Source of the DNA: Adineta vaga
Lineage: Eukaryota > Animalia > Rotifera
Reading direction: 5' to 3'
DNA length: 64,000 nt
Assembly: GCA_021613535.1 (NCBI GenBank)
Contig: CP075492.1
Location: forward strand, 20,026,001-20,090,000
The notes beneath the pieces were generated by a model. That model was not told where the DNA came from. It did no database searches and worked only from the letters and a program-made list of their open reading frames with translations. Positions 1-11,920 of this stretch are shown here, one piece after another. The first letter of the stretch is position 1, and each line of letters starts with the position of its first letter. The position numbers were made by a program, and so were the translations under genes.

Positions 1-704
1 GATGGTTGTCTTTGTGCTTCATATACGTATCCGATAGTTATGTATAGAATGATTAATTCAATGTGGTTAGACAGCAATGAACTTGAAAATATAGATTCAG
101 CTCGGAAGAATTGCTCATTATAAAGTATAAAGATCCGATGCTGACGCAAGTTGTGGCTATCGATGGATGATTACATGGTAGTAGTTGAAGTTCATTTTTT
201 TGTATTCTTTCATACAATAGTAACAATCTTTCTTGCGTTCAACGAGAAACAATGCACATCGGTAATGAATAAGTGCTCGAGTAAAATTTTGAAATGTACT
301 ATACGTCAACGCTATATTACTTTGAACAATAGCAAACCAAGTTGAAGAGAATCCGACAGTATCTGCCATTTCATTCAAAGCTTTTTGATAATATTGCATA
401 GCTGTATCTAAGTTGCCTTGTTATCGGCAAATTTCTCCAAGATTATTATAAACAACACCTATGTCACGGCGAGTATTAGGTAGTTCAACTAATAATAAAT
501 GATAAATATGTGTCGCTCGTTTAAAATCACCAACTTTTGACACAAGCAAACCGAGTTCAACTAAAGATGATTGTGCACCCAGATGGCTTTTAAAATAAGA
601 CATCAGATCATCGATTTCCTTTTTCACTTCGTTCCTAAGTTTTAAGTTAATTAACCAAATATTGTCAAGAGGTAAATCAACACTTTCTATATGAAAAATA
701 CATC
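1..704 (-). pseudogene. TPR-repeat gene fragment, probably the C-terminal part of an ART-TPR protein
   Basis: Frame GCIFHIESVDLPLDNIWLINLKL... leads into TPR motifs (VYNNLGEICR, AMQYYQKAL). In-frame TAA at 421-423 and a later frameshift. The 5' part is missing at the palindrome 705-779. Confidence 0.7.
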
Positions 705-779
705 CATCTTGAGGGTGAGGGTGAGGTAGAAAAGCAATAAAGATACCTCAAACCCAGACTCACACCCACCCTTAAGATG
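705..779. repeat. Inverted telomere-like palindrome
   Basis: CATCTTGAGGGTGAGGGTGAGG...CACACCCACCCTTAAGATG. Confidence 0.85.
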
Positions 780-1170
780 ATCTAGATTTTGTTCAGACTA
801 AAGAATTTCTCAAACGACAAAAGTTTTCTATATGATATAAATAATCACAAGAATAATTCTGTTATATTTCTCCATCACTACAAAAAAAAACAGAAGAACG
901 AACGAACGTTATGCACGTGGACGTTATTAAGTAAATATAACTTTTGCTATGTGCTGCCTAACAGGTAAGTGATATTGTGAGTTGATGGTGCAATACAGTT
1001 GCGAAGCTTTGATGAGTGCGTAATGTGGAAAATTCCAATTTGATTTTTTTTCAAATATTAGTCGATGTTATGAAAGCAGAAATGATAAAAATTTATATAA
1101 AAAGACTATTGTGACGTTGTTGAATTATTAGGCTTGATTACTAACGATTATATTTTCTTCTATAGATAAA

Positions 1171-1632
1171 ATGACTACGAGAATGAAAGTGCTTGACAAA
1201 CAAATCCTTTCATTAGAAAAAAATGCTGAAACAACAAAATTTTCTATAACTCTGATAAATGCTGACGATCCAGACCACTATCAAGCAACCATACGTGGTC
1301 CAGTTGATAGTCCCTTCGAAGATGGTATGTATTTGCTCGATGTACAATTTGCCACTGAGTATCCTTTCAAACCACCGAAAATAAAATTTTTAACAAGAAT
1401 TTTTCATCCGAATATTCGTGAAGATGGAGCAATTTATTTGAATATACTCTACGATGCATGGACTCCAGTGTATACGATCGAAAAAACCTTTTTATCAATT
1501 CAATCGCTTCTTTCTTCACCTGATACCAATGTGTCAATGGTCGGTAACAAAGAAGCGGCTCGACTTTATCTCCATGATCGCAATAAATACGATCAACACG
1601 TTCGTTCGTATACTCAAAAATATACACTATGA
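1171..1632 (+). CDS. Ubiquitin-conjugating E2 family protein, catalytic Cys replaced by Tyr
   Basis: GPVDSPFEDG, YPFKPPKIKFLTRIFHPNI and W-TP motifs. HPNIREDGAIYLNIL has Y where E2s have C (TAT at 1435-1437). Confidence 0.9.
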   Translation: MTTRMKVLDKQILSLEKNAETTKFSITLINADDPDHYQATIRGPVDSPFEDGMYLLDVQFATEYPFKPPKIKFLTRIFHPNIREDGAIYLNILYDAWTPVYTIEKTFLSIQSLLSSPDTNVSMVGNKEAARLYLHDRNKYDQHVRSYTQKYTL

Positions 1633-1872
1633 ATATTAACCATTGTGATTGAATATCTTTTCGAAAAATAAATCAGACATTTGTATTTTTATATTGAGGA
1701 TGTCGATGAGTTTACCAAGAAAACATTCAATAAAATCAAAAAATACCTTAATTATCTTGTTATAGAAGTAGGAGAGAGTATGTGAGTTTTTTATAATATC
1801 ATTATTGGATAGTAGCGACGATTGTTTGGCTGATATGTAAGGTTGTTGTCGATCTAGAATAGGATGTAGTAT

Positions 1873-1942
1873 TTGAGGGTGTGGGTGTGAGTGTGAGTAT
1901 ATCTCATTTGAAAACACTCATATCCACCCACACCCACACCCT
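1873..1942. repeat. Inverted telomere-like palindrome
   Basis: TTGAGGGTGTGGGTGTGAGTGTGAG...CCACCCACACCCACACCCT. Confidence 0.85.
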
Positions 1943-2925
1943 TTTTCTGTGTCTTCGTAAATATAAATTGCTTTTTAAAATACAATATCATATTGAGTGA
2001 CATTTATGTAAATAAAAATGACTAAAATAAATAGAATGATAACTTGATGAGAATCGGTCAAGACAATTTATACTTATATTCATTAGTTGCATTGTCGACC
2101 TTTATTTCTTTAACAAAATTTTGATGACTAATTCTTTATGAAAGATGATAAATCATGATACTTCGTTTATAAAATTATTTTTTATTTTTTATTCGATTCG
2201 ATATGATTATCTTTCAAGATTTAAACTATTTCTCATACTGATAATCGATGAAATCTTTTGAATATTTAAAAATACGGTGTGACTGATTGTATGGCTATAT
2301 TCCTTCTACAATTATACCCATACACACGCGATTTAATGTCTATTGAAACTATTGTTGATGAATCACAAATAAGATGAACTGTATATATCTCAAATTATCT
2401 CAGAACAAAATAACAACAAAGGAAGGCTAATCGGAAGTAGAATAGGAAAAAGATCATCTATAATTGAATTGAAGAGAAAGGAAACGTCAGTTAAAAGGAT
2501 ATCCGTCATTTCTATTAGTATCATACTTTTAATTATTAGAAGACAAAGTTCATCTAAAACATCTCTGTTGAATTATATTTATATGATTTCAATCAATTAT
2601 AATTCAATTTTCATTGCTATATAGAAAAAGATCTTATCTAAGGCGTTCCATCTTATTACTCTACACGCTTAAAGTGTAATAATTAATAATCATCAAGAAA
2701 TAACATCTCGATTTTTCTTTCGGATCATCTAGTATAAATTTATATGTTTTGTATTATTATTTACGGATAAGTCTTATATTATTGGAGTGTTTCCTGATAT
2801 GGGATGGTCTTTCAATTTGGGGAGGAGTTTAGTTTATATTTAGATAATTATAACGATAGAAATCACATCTACTTGCGAATATAGAAGGTAGAAAACTAGA
2901 GTTCTACTAGAGATTATTTTCAGAT

Positions 2926-3978
2926 ATGTCGAATTCAATGTATGATTCGTATATGGATATTATTACTGCTACAAATTGGATAATTAAAATCATTCTACCG
3001 ATTCAAATGGTCTTTGGAACATTTGGTAATGTGCTGAATATCATTATCTTTACTCGTCCTAATTTACGTATCAATCCATGTTCAACATACTTTTTAGTCA
3101 GTTCAATCAATAATCTTTTAAGTATTTATTTAAATACATTGGTTGAATATGTTTCAGCTGTTTGGAATTCAAATTTATTAGCAAACAATAATATCTTATG
3201 TAAAATAAGTATTCTTATTCGATATATTCCCTTTTCACTTATTATATGGTTTCCTGTTCTTGCCAGTATCGATCGATTTCTGTCAAGTTGTCGAAGTGTA
3301 CGACTTCGTCAGTTAAGTTCTTTGACGATAGCACGACGAGTAATCGTGAGTACCTATACAATTTTTCTTTTAAGTCATATACACATGTTAGTATACTATG
3401 AATCGTCCTCGACCGATAGTCAATTTATTTGTATGACAGTATCCTTGGAATACATTTTGTTCGTTAATATCTTTGATCCTCTTGTGACTTGTATTTTACC
3501 AATATTCTTTATGTGTGTTTTTGGTATCTTAATTGTATATAATGTTCGTGGTGTTCGCAATCGTATTGTTACACATAGTAGTACTGTAAGAAATGAACGT
3601 TTACGTTCGAATGATCGTCAAATGACTAAAATGATTTTAATCCAAATACTCATTACTACTTTAATTTCACTTCCATATGCAGGTACTTCTGTTTCCTATA
3701 CAGTTGGTTTATTTCTAGTTAACTACAGTTATTCATTGTTAGTAACAATAATCTATCAATGTGCTAAGGTTGTAGCCATATTACTTTATCATACTAATCC
3801 TGTCATTGGATTTTATATCTACGTACTCACAAATCTCAAATTTCGCAATGAAATGAAACATTGTCTTCGTTTGGCATTTAATATCGTATTGACTAAATTG
3901 AGTCTGATTAGATTTCCTACGGCAACTATTACAGATCAAAGTAAAAGAATAAGAAATCAAATTCATCCTGTACAATAG
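2926..3978 (+). CDS. Class A (rhodopsin-like) GPCR
   Basis: 350 aa, seven hydrophobic segments, GTFGN in TM1, SIDRF in TM3, FYIYVL..KFR after TM7; intronless. Confidence 0.85.
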   Translation: MSNSMYDSYMDIITATNWIIKIILPIQMVFGTFGNVLNIIIFTRPNLRINPCSTYFLVSSINNLLSIYLNTLVEYVSAVWNSNLLANNNILCKISILIRYIPFSLIIWFPVLASIDRFLSSCRSVRLRQLSSLTIARRVIVSTYTIFLLSHIHMLVYYESSSTDSQFICMTVSLEYILFVNIFDPLVTCILPIFFMCVFGILIVYNVRGVRNRIVTHSSTVRNERLRSNDRQMTKMILIQILITTLISLPYAGTSVSYTVGLFLVNYSYSLLVTIIYQCAKVVAILLYHTNPVIGFYIYVLTNLKFRNEMKHCLRLAFNIVLTKLSLIRFPTATITDQSKRIRNQIHPVQ

Positions 3979-4510
3979 AAATACAAACTAACAACGACCA
4001 TTCGACAAAAAAAACAGATTTTTATTTAAATCGATATGTATTCGAGCATTTCAAAATATTTTATTCATATGTTGTCATGTACTGTATTAAATTATTTGTT
4101 ACCAAATAAATTAAAGAAAAACATATCACGAGTATCAAACAACAGGAAAGTTTTATCATAAAGTAAAGTTGGAAAAAAACTACTCGACTTGTATTGCTGA
4201 GTCATTTTATTGTTCTATTATCTACATATTCTTTGATTATCTTTGCATACTTTCAATATTTTAAGACAAAAATTTCCATGAAATAAAATGGAAGAATGCA
4301 CAAATTTTTTATCAATACATTTAGGTGATACTCTAAATCATGATAATTATCAAATTATTTGGTTAGATTCAAAAATTCGATTCTTTAGAGAAGTTCGATA
4401 ATTATATAAAAACAGTGAAAAGTGAACGAAAAATTCTTCTTGTTTTCACTGATTTCTTTGGACATATAGAAAATTTTCTTGATCTTCATCAAATTTAATC
4501 GATTTATGTA

Positions 4511-5366
4511 CGGGGTGCAAAAGTCAATTAACTCAAAAAAAGAATTGAATATCTCCTTAACAGCTCAAGCAAATGAGTTGATTTTTTTATTGATGATAGA
4601 GGCATGTTCAAGCTTTATTTTGATAAAGACATGCCAAGAGAAACTCTTTGTTAAGTATTACTAAGGATCTCATCGAAGAAAAATTTACTTTTTTTTTACA
4701 AATAGGAGAAAAATAGTGTATGATAAAGAAAAATATAGACTATCAAGAAAAAAGACATATTTACTCTTAGTTCTTCTCTGTATCGTGAAATACATGGCAT
4801 AGCTCTTTATTGAGATGAAAAGCGAAAGATATCGACATGCTACAATCAATATTTTGTTTATATTCTTTAAAAAATGAACAATGTTTTAGCGCAGATGTTC
4901 GAATTGTTTCCCTTCTGTATTAATACACATTTGACAATGATCAGCAACAGAACGACAAATTTTTTGACATAATTCGACATCATCATTGATTGATATTAAT
5001 TCTTGTTCGATTAGTGACTTCAGACGATTAGTATTACAAGGATTTTGAGCATAAACACGGTCTTTTAACATTTCCCATAGTGAAAAATCATATGAAGTTA
5101 AATCTGGAGATCTTGGTGGCCACTCAATAGTTTACATAATTTATTATATTTGTTCTTAATGAATTGTCTTTGCTTATGGAACATTATTTTTCTCTTATTT
5201 GTAAAAAAAAAAGTAAATTTTTCTTTGATGAGATCCTTAGTAATACTTAACAAAGGGTTTCTCTTGAACATGTCTCTATCATCAATAAAAAGATCAACTC
5301 ATTTGCTTGAGCTGTTGAGGAGATATTCAATTCTTTTTCTGAGTTAAGTGATTCTTACATCCCCTG
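4511..5366 (-). mobile_element. Internally deleted Tc1/mariner-superfamily element
   Basis: Roughly 200-bp imperfect TIRs (4511-~4715 and ~5187-5366) flanked by TA. Internal transposase C-terminus EWPPRSPDLTSYDFSLWEMLKDRVY...GKQFEHL at 4886-~5130. Confidence 0.85.
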
Positions 5367-6361
5367 TATATATATATCTAGGTATCGAAACAAATGCGAT
5401 ATAGAATAAAATATATGTTTAAGAGGATGAAAAAAGAAATTTCATATTACAAGATATTTGTTCTCTTATCTATTGTACGTGACGGGAAATTTTCATTTTA
5501 CCCACAGTTCTATAAATATCATTTATATACTATAGATATTCACATACACAAATAATTATCATATTCTTTCAAATAAAGGTAAGTGTAAATGTTATTTTCT
5601 ACTTATATCTTATAATTTTCGTTTTGAGAACTGATTCTTTTGTAAATTGCAATAGTTTCTTTTTAGGACAAACTAGAGATAAAATGATAGTGAAGATTAC
5701 ATGAAGATAAAGCATCATTTTTAATCAAATAAATTACATTTACATTATTGTATTGTACATTAGTTGACAATGATTTTTCTTATTATTTCATATTGACAAT
5801 ATTAACAATTCTTTAATATATCAAATTTAGATATACTTGGCCTTTTTTTTTGTTTTGTTTTAGTTATCAATACAATGATATTATTCAAGTTCTTCTATAT
5901 ATTTGTCTGGTTATATAAAATTAATACTCTTGCTCTTGATATAAAATCAGAATCAGAAAAGTTAAGTTTAGCCAACCATGTGTTTAATACAGAAATATTT
6001 GCGCAATTCAATTATCAAGGTAATGAAATTTATATTTGTACTGGTGCATCTAGAAAGTGAACTTTCTATTATGTACCAGTAAATACTAATTGTTCAAAAG
6101 ACAAATGAATATATAAAATAGAAAATGAAGTTCGAATCAAATTAATGTTAAGTCAGAAAAAAACCTTGAGAATTCTAGAACAGTATGATGATGATGAAAA
6201 TAAATTATTTTGAGAGCAAAGAGTATATAGAATATTTTCAAAATACATTTTTTTAAAGTGATATTTGTAGTTTTATAAATTAATTTCAAAATATACCAAA
6301 TAAAATAACAACGTTTTTTTCTTTTCGAAAAATACAAAAAAAAAAACTTTTCATTTTGTCT

Positions 6362-7083
6362 CGTTGTAGAAACAAACTTTAACAAATGGAAACAAAATGG
6401 TACTACTGTTGCTGGAGGAAATGGAGAAGGACAGGAATTAAATCAATTCAATCATCCAATTCGTATCTTTGTTGATCAAAATAAAAATATTTTTATTGTT
6501 GATTTGTCTAATCATCGTATTGTGAAATGGAAATTAGGTGAAAAATGAAATAAGAAGATGGAAAATTGGAGAAAAAGGTGAAGGAATATTAGTTGCTGGT
6601 GGAAATGGAAGAGGAAATCAACTCAATCAATTGAATTTTCCTACTTATATTTTTGTTGATAATGAACAATCGATTTATGTTTCAGATTCTGGAAATCATC
6701 GTGTAATGAAATGGAATAAAGATGCAAAAGAAGGTTTAATTGTTGCTGGAGGAAATCGTAAAGGAGATGATTTTAATCAATTGAGTTCTCCTGGTGGATT
6801 GTTTGTTGATAATTATAGTCAAATATATGTGGCAGATACTGGGAATCATCGAATAATGCGTTGGAGTGAAAGAGCAAAAGAAGGTGAAATAATCGTTGGT
6901 GGAAATGAAATGGGACTAAATTCAAATCAATTGTATGTACCCACTGATTTATCATTTGATTTAGAAGGAAATCTTTATGTTGCTGATTATGGAAATAATC
7001 GAATTCAAAGATTTGATTTAATTTCTAATCAAAATTTATTAAAAGAACAGAAAAAGAAACATTTATTTCTTTTTTTTGTCTAA
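6362..7083 (+). pseudogene. NHL-repeat beta-propeller gene with an internal deletion or frameshift
   Basis: Repeated VAGGNGxGxxLNQ-P...YVAD.GNHR motifs. The frame breaks at about 6540 between two repeats. A possible signal-peptide exon lies at 5875-6020. Confidence 0.8.
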
Positions 7084-8498
7084 AAAGAATTTTTTTGTGA
7101 AAGAAAAAGAAAAGAAATGAAATTTTGAAATGTACTTTAAATATGACAATTAGAATGTCTAATTCAATGAAATTTTTATAATAATTAAAAGACGAAATTA
7201 AAAGAAATTCGTCTAGTTTTGTTTTTCAAATCATCATAAAAATAAAATATCAAATATATATTAAATAATTTTATATAAAATTCAAAAGAATCTGAAATAT
7301 TAAAATCTATTTTAAAGTAAATAGTTGTTCTTTTTCTTCATGTCATGTTTAACATATATCTTTTCAAATAGAAGAAACTTTAACAATAATTCTAAATAAG
7401 AATTGTGAATATTTATATTAATTTCTTATTTTTATATAAATCTTGAAAATATTTATTATAGAATTAAACCAATATTGATTCAGATCTTTTATTTTTGAAT
7501 ATAAGGGTGAGAATATATCTTATTTATCATATTCGCTTGTCTATTGAAAATATCTTACATAAATAATAATTAGATATTGTTGTTCGTTAAACTAAATTTC
7601 TTACATTACATGAAATATCAAAACTATTACAAGTATAGATAAAAATAGTAACATAAACAATCGAAAAGAAATGATATTGTCTATAATTATTGTTGTAATG
7701 AGATTTTTTTATGATTCTAATGTAATTATGATGTAAAGATCGAAGAACAAATGATATGAATGTTTAAAAAAAAAGGATTGTATAATTATGATGAATCAAC
7801 TATACAAATATGATATTGTTGATTAATATTATAATAAATTGATAAACATAGATTATCTTTCTTTTAATTTTAGTTATAAATAAAAGAATATTTAATGTAT
7901 TATTTATAAGATCAAAATCAAACATAGAGTTTCATATGATTTGTAATATTATTTAAATTATTAACAAGAGTAATTGATTCGTTCATGTTTATGCACTTTG
8001 TAATAATCGTGCAGTTTAAAAGAACGTTTTTATATATAATAATGATCATTTATGAGAGACATCGTTAGGATTTTCACTTTAAAGAAATGGATCTACCAGA
8101 AAATAATCTCGTTGCGGTTAGATCATTTTAGCTCGTCTTTGACGTTGCCGTTATTCATTATTCATGAGTAACACTAACATCAGTTATTCCATATATTAAG
8201 TCAAGTTCATCTTGAGCACAACTTTTAATTTCGAAATCATCTGATCTTCGAAATCCATTTGATAACATTCTGATTAAATTGATCCGATTTTGTGAAGTAG
8301 TAATCATTAATATTGTATTTTCACACTTATAAAAATGATTAAAATAGAAATTTACTTTTTCTTCATTTGAACATAATTTCAAAAGAAGAATTTCTAATTC
8401 AAGAACTCGTTCATCTGTTTCATCAAATAAGAAGTTAGTTAAATCATATGATCTTTGTTTTACCTCTCTATTCTTTCGTAGATATAAATTAGATATAT

Positions 8499-8577
8499 AG
8501 GGTGGGTGTGGATGAGGATGTGGGTGAAAATAAATGTATGTTTATCATTTTACACCCACCCTCACCCTCTCAAGATG
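8499..8577. repeat. Inverted telomere-like palindrome
   Basis: AGGGTGGGTGTGGATGAGGATGTGGGTG...CACCCACCCTCACCCTCTCAAGATG. Confidence 0.8.
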
Positions 8578-9264
8578 GTTTGTTTATCACCTGTGGGGTT
8601 TTGCCATCGTCGTTTTGTCGTATATATAATACGTCGGTTTATTTTTTCACAAAGGTAACGTACATTAGAAGTATTTTATTGATATCTATGTCACTTGGTG
8701 TAATCGCTCAAGCAGTGGAGAAAATGCCCAAAATCAATTCTGTTTATCCACTAGAAGCGCATATGATGAAGCTAAAGTCGAAACTTCAACCAGAATCTGT
8801 TGAATCGAGTTATTGTATGGAATACGAAACCAACTAGTGAAGATTTACAACATCATTTTGATAAACTTGATTTGTTAAATGTGGAAGAGAAACAAGTTGT
8901 GCATGGAGAGTTCGATATTATTGAGAAAAGCGGATCAACTTAAGAACGATTTCTTTATACCTATTTTATCGAACAAAAATTAATCGCTACTATTTTCGTC
9001 AAGGTCAATTTCAATACTAATAAAAATCGATTCTAACGAAATTCACTAAAATAGTTCAACTACATCATATGTACCTATGACTGTGACTTTTATTGGATTT
9101 GTAACGATGTTGATTTATCATTATTATTTAGTTAGTTTTTCAATATAATCGGTAGAATGTCTTCAATTATCGGTTTCTATTCAAAAGCACTTTCGCTTAG
9201 AAAAAAGGACTTACTCAAAATATTTCTGATTCGGCTAGTTTATACAATAAGATTGGTCATATAC

Positions 9265-9321
9265 AGGGTGTGAGGATGTGGGTGTGTGTGATGAAAGGAA
9301 AGACATTCACACCCACACCTT
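9265..9321. repeat. Inverted telomere-like palindrome
   Basis: AGGGTGTGAGGATGTGGGTGTG...CACACCCACACCT. Confidence 0.8.
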
Positions 9322-9325
9322 CCTC

Positions 9326-9436
9326 TGGACCCATGGAAGCATTGTGGAAAGTTTGGTGACATTAGCTATTACAGGGACTGAATGCATAGCGAACAGACAG
9401 ACAGACAGACAAACTTTCTTCTTTATATATATAGAT
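9326..9436 (-). mobile_element. Putative non-autonomous Helitron-like 5' end fragment
   Basis: Minus strand reads A|TCTATATATATAAAG...(GTCT)n, a TC start plus tetranucleotide microsatellite as in Lep1-type Helitrons. Confidence 0.45.
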
Positions 9437-9464
9437 AAATAAATTAAATATATCCCAAATAAAA

Positions 9465-10247
9465 TGGGCTAATATATCGAGTCCTCGAGATGCTGTTATT
9501 GATGATAATGACTATTTAGTAGCAATAGAACAATCCACAAAGCATTTCGATCGTTTTGACCCAACAAATCTAACCAGACTTGCTAATATACAATTGTCGA
9601 ATTCATCACTGATAATGGCTGTAGCTTTTTCTAGGAATGCTTATTATATTTCATATATGAATGGAATAATAACAGTAATCGATAGTCAAACATTAATAAT
9701 AATATCGAATATTTCAACAAATATCTTTGGTATCCGTAGAATTATTTTTCTTAATAATGGACAAACGATGATTGTTACTTATCTTATGATAATAATAGTA
9801 TTATATTTCTCAATCGAACAAATCTTTTTCCAATTTTATATGAATAAGTTTATATTCGGAAAAAGATAACTTTTCAGGTTCACATGGATTATGACATGTA
9901 AATAATTCATTCTTCTATGTCACATCGCATACAACCAACTCATTTTATTCATTTCAAGCTACTAATTACTATGGAATATGGAATGAATCGTTTGTTTGTC
10001 GAATATTAGGTAAACATAATGAAGGTGATAGTGTATCTGTAACATTAGATAAATGTAATCGATTTTGGTTTACATTTGAAAGAAAAATATAACTTTAATT
10101 TATGATCAATTTGGAACAGAATTAGGTAATTGGTTCTTACCGAATTCGGCTGTTTTTGGTATTAAAATCATGAAGAATTATTTGATGTATATTACCGAAT
10201 CGAATAAAAATCGAATTCGACGTTTTCAACCAAATATTCAATGTTAA
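9465..10247 (+). pseudogene. Degraded beta-propeller-like gene
   Basis: Coding-like frames (SPRDAVIDDNDYLVAIE, ITVIDSQTL, VTLDKCNRFW, YITESNKNRIRRFQPNIQC*) broken by frameshifts and stops. Confidence 0.5.
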
Positions 10248-10311
10248 TTTTTCTATTTATTTTCTTTCCAAACAATTTCAATCTTCATTATGAAATAGAA
10301 TTCTCTTTTAT

Positions 10312-11442
10312 TTACAATTTACTTTTTATTTTTCCTTGTTGATAAGAAAATTTATGATTTATATTAGGACGATTCTTTTCATCAGCTTGGCTATAATCTT
10401 GAAAAGGTGCATCACGTTGCTTAACTGCCTGTTGAACACCAAATCGAGCAGCTGTTTCAACAAATTGCATGGCTTCAGGAGTGTGACGCATTGAACCATC
10501 CAAAATACAACCTAATAATTGTGTTGTATGTAATCCTTGATTTTCATAGACTTGATTAACCATTAATTTCATTGTCGCTAATTGTGTGACAGGAATTTGA
10601 GCTAGTTTTTCACCTGTTTTTAATACTTCATCTTCTAGTTGATTAAATGGAACTGATTTATTAATTAAATTTATTTCAGCTGCTCTTTTTCCTGTAAGAG
10701 CTTCGCCAGATAGTGCTAATTCTTTACATTTTGTTAAACCTAAACGATAAATCCACATTCCTGTTAAATAAGCACCCCATACTCTACTATAGGGTGTACC
10801 AATAATCGTATCATCAGCAGCAATAATAAGATCAGCACATAATGCCATATCACTACCACCACCTACACAATAACCATGAATTTGAGCAATGACAGGTTTA
10901 TGTGAATACCAAATGGACATAAACTTAGCAATTGGACTTGTTAATTTCGATGTAGTCAATATCATATCTTCTCCCGGGTTCCAATCATGTATTGAATTAC
11001 TTAGATTCGAAGGAAGATTGGCTAGATCATTACTAAAATCAAATCCTGCACAAAATGATGTCCCATTACCACGAAGTATAATAATTTTGACTGAATTATC
11101 TTGATTTGCTCGAATGATTGAATGTTGCAATTCAGAAGGCATTAATGGTGAAATTGTATTTAATTTTTCAGGTCGATTAAAAGTAATAAATGCTAATGGC
11201 TCGGAAACATGATAAAGTAATGTTTCATATGTTGGATTTCGATTTATTAAATGAGCAGGTGTATTCCAAAGCTTTGTGATATCCGAACGTGTTTGTTGTC
11301 GTTGAGTAACATTTCTCATAGATATGAGTTTTGAACAGATCGTTGGTATTTTCGACCACCATTGATCAACTAAAAGTTATAGAGAAAAGAACTTTTTGAC
11401 AGTTTTTCATATACTCTTACTTTTCTTGAATAATGAAGACAT
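10312..11442 (-). CDS. Enoyl-CoA hydratase/isomerase (crotonase) family protein, bacterial-like core
   Basis: ITFNRPEKLN, FCAGFD and KPVIAQIHGYCVGGG motifs. ATG at 11442, 22-nt exon 1, GTAAG...TTTTAG intron, then an exon in frame with ORF 10312-11319. Confidence 0.9.
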
Positions 11443-11843
11443 ATTTTTTAGTATGAATCTCGCTTTGCTATATTTTATTTCTTCTCTTATTTATATATGA
11501 CCTATTGACCATTTTCTTGAATATACTTTTCTTCGTCTATCATCGTATGAACTGTTGACTGTCCTGCTTTGTTTGTTTGCTTTTTTCTTTCTTCTCGTCT
11601 TGCACGATTGGTTGATATCTAATGCGCGTATCATACCACGATATGTAAAAGAAAAATTCAAGATGAGAAAAACGAATAATGAAAGATATATAACATATTT
11701 ATTTAGATAAGAGAAAAAAATTTAGGAAATTCTAGATGTTTCAATAGGAAAATGCTGAGTAAACAAATCTTTTTTCGATAAATCAAAATAGTTCGTTAAT
11801 GCAGCATAACATACTGCTAATACTGTCGATGGTTTCAATAGTA

Positions 11844-11920
11844 TCTTGAGGGGTGTGGGTGTGGGTGAGAAATGTGCTTCCAATCTTCCCTTATACCCAC
11901 ACCCACACCCACCCTCAATC
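11844..11920. repeat. Inverted telomere-like palindrome
   Basis: TCTTGAGGGGTGTGGGTGTGGGTG...ACCCACACCCACACCCACCCTCAATC. Confidence 0.9.

Noticed and set aside
11844-11920. Palindrome as an Introner-like spliced intron
   Set aside because: GT and AG exist on the minus strand, but the TGA precedes the first GT and splicing does not restore a frame.
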